Positions 63,946 through 64,000 of a stretch of 64,000 nucleotides of DNA are shown piece by piece. The stretch comes from Schmidtea nova (Eukaryota). A program made the translations under genes and the position numbers. The stretch is from positions 16,678,001 to 16,742,000 of the forward strand of contig CM097882.1 in NCBI GenBank assembly GCA_044892505.1. The letters are read 5' to 3'. Under the pieces are notes generated by a model that ran no database searches, was not told the origin of the DNA, and saw nothing but the letters and a program-made list of their open reading frames with translations. How positions within the stretch are numbered: position 1 is the first letter of the stretch; every line of letters begins with the position of its first letter.

Positions 63946-64000
63946 AAATATATAATAATAAATATTTTAATGAAGTGTGGATTCATGTAACTTTATATAA

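Overview
Very AT-rich eukaryotic (metazoan) DNA with 44-56 nt introns, dense transposon debris and N stretches that look like sequence-dependent masks rather than gaps. These features suggest a triclad flatworm, but that is an inference. Host genes: a 7-cadherin-repeat (delta1-like) protocadherin on the minus strand with a spliced cytoplasmic exon; a tiny three-exon secreted precursor at 34391-34697 whose C-terminal peptide has a tachyplesin/gomesin-type beta-hairpin cysteine pattern; and several decayed death-domain-like fragments. The first 17 kb are dominated by a 15.2-kb, almost entirely palindromic insertion (1780-16951). It has Polinton/Maverick-type AGT...ACT ends and a 6-bp target-site duplication, sits exactly on the stop codon of a Tc1/IS630 transposase, and carries an intact three-exon orphan gene in each arm plus a Penelope-like (PLE) RT/GIY-YIG ORF in one arm. 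PLE-associated minimal hammerhead ribozymes of several types are scattered through the window: a U3-A8 variant that often occurs as head-to-head palindromes, two canonical copies, and one intact canonical copy directly downstream of a U1 snRNA-like 5' end. The rest is Polinton, Ty3/gypsy, hAT, piggyBac and pogo-type remnants and MITEs. No rRNA, tRNA or CRISPR array was found.
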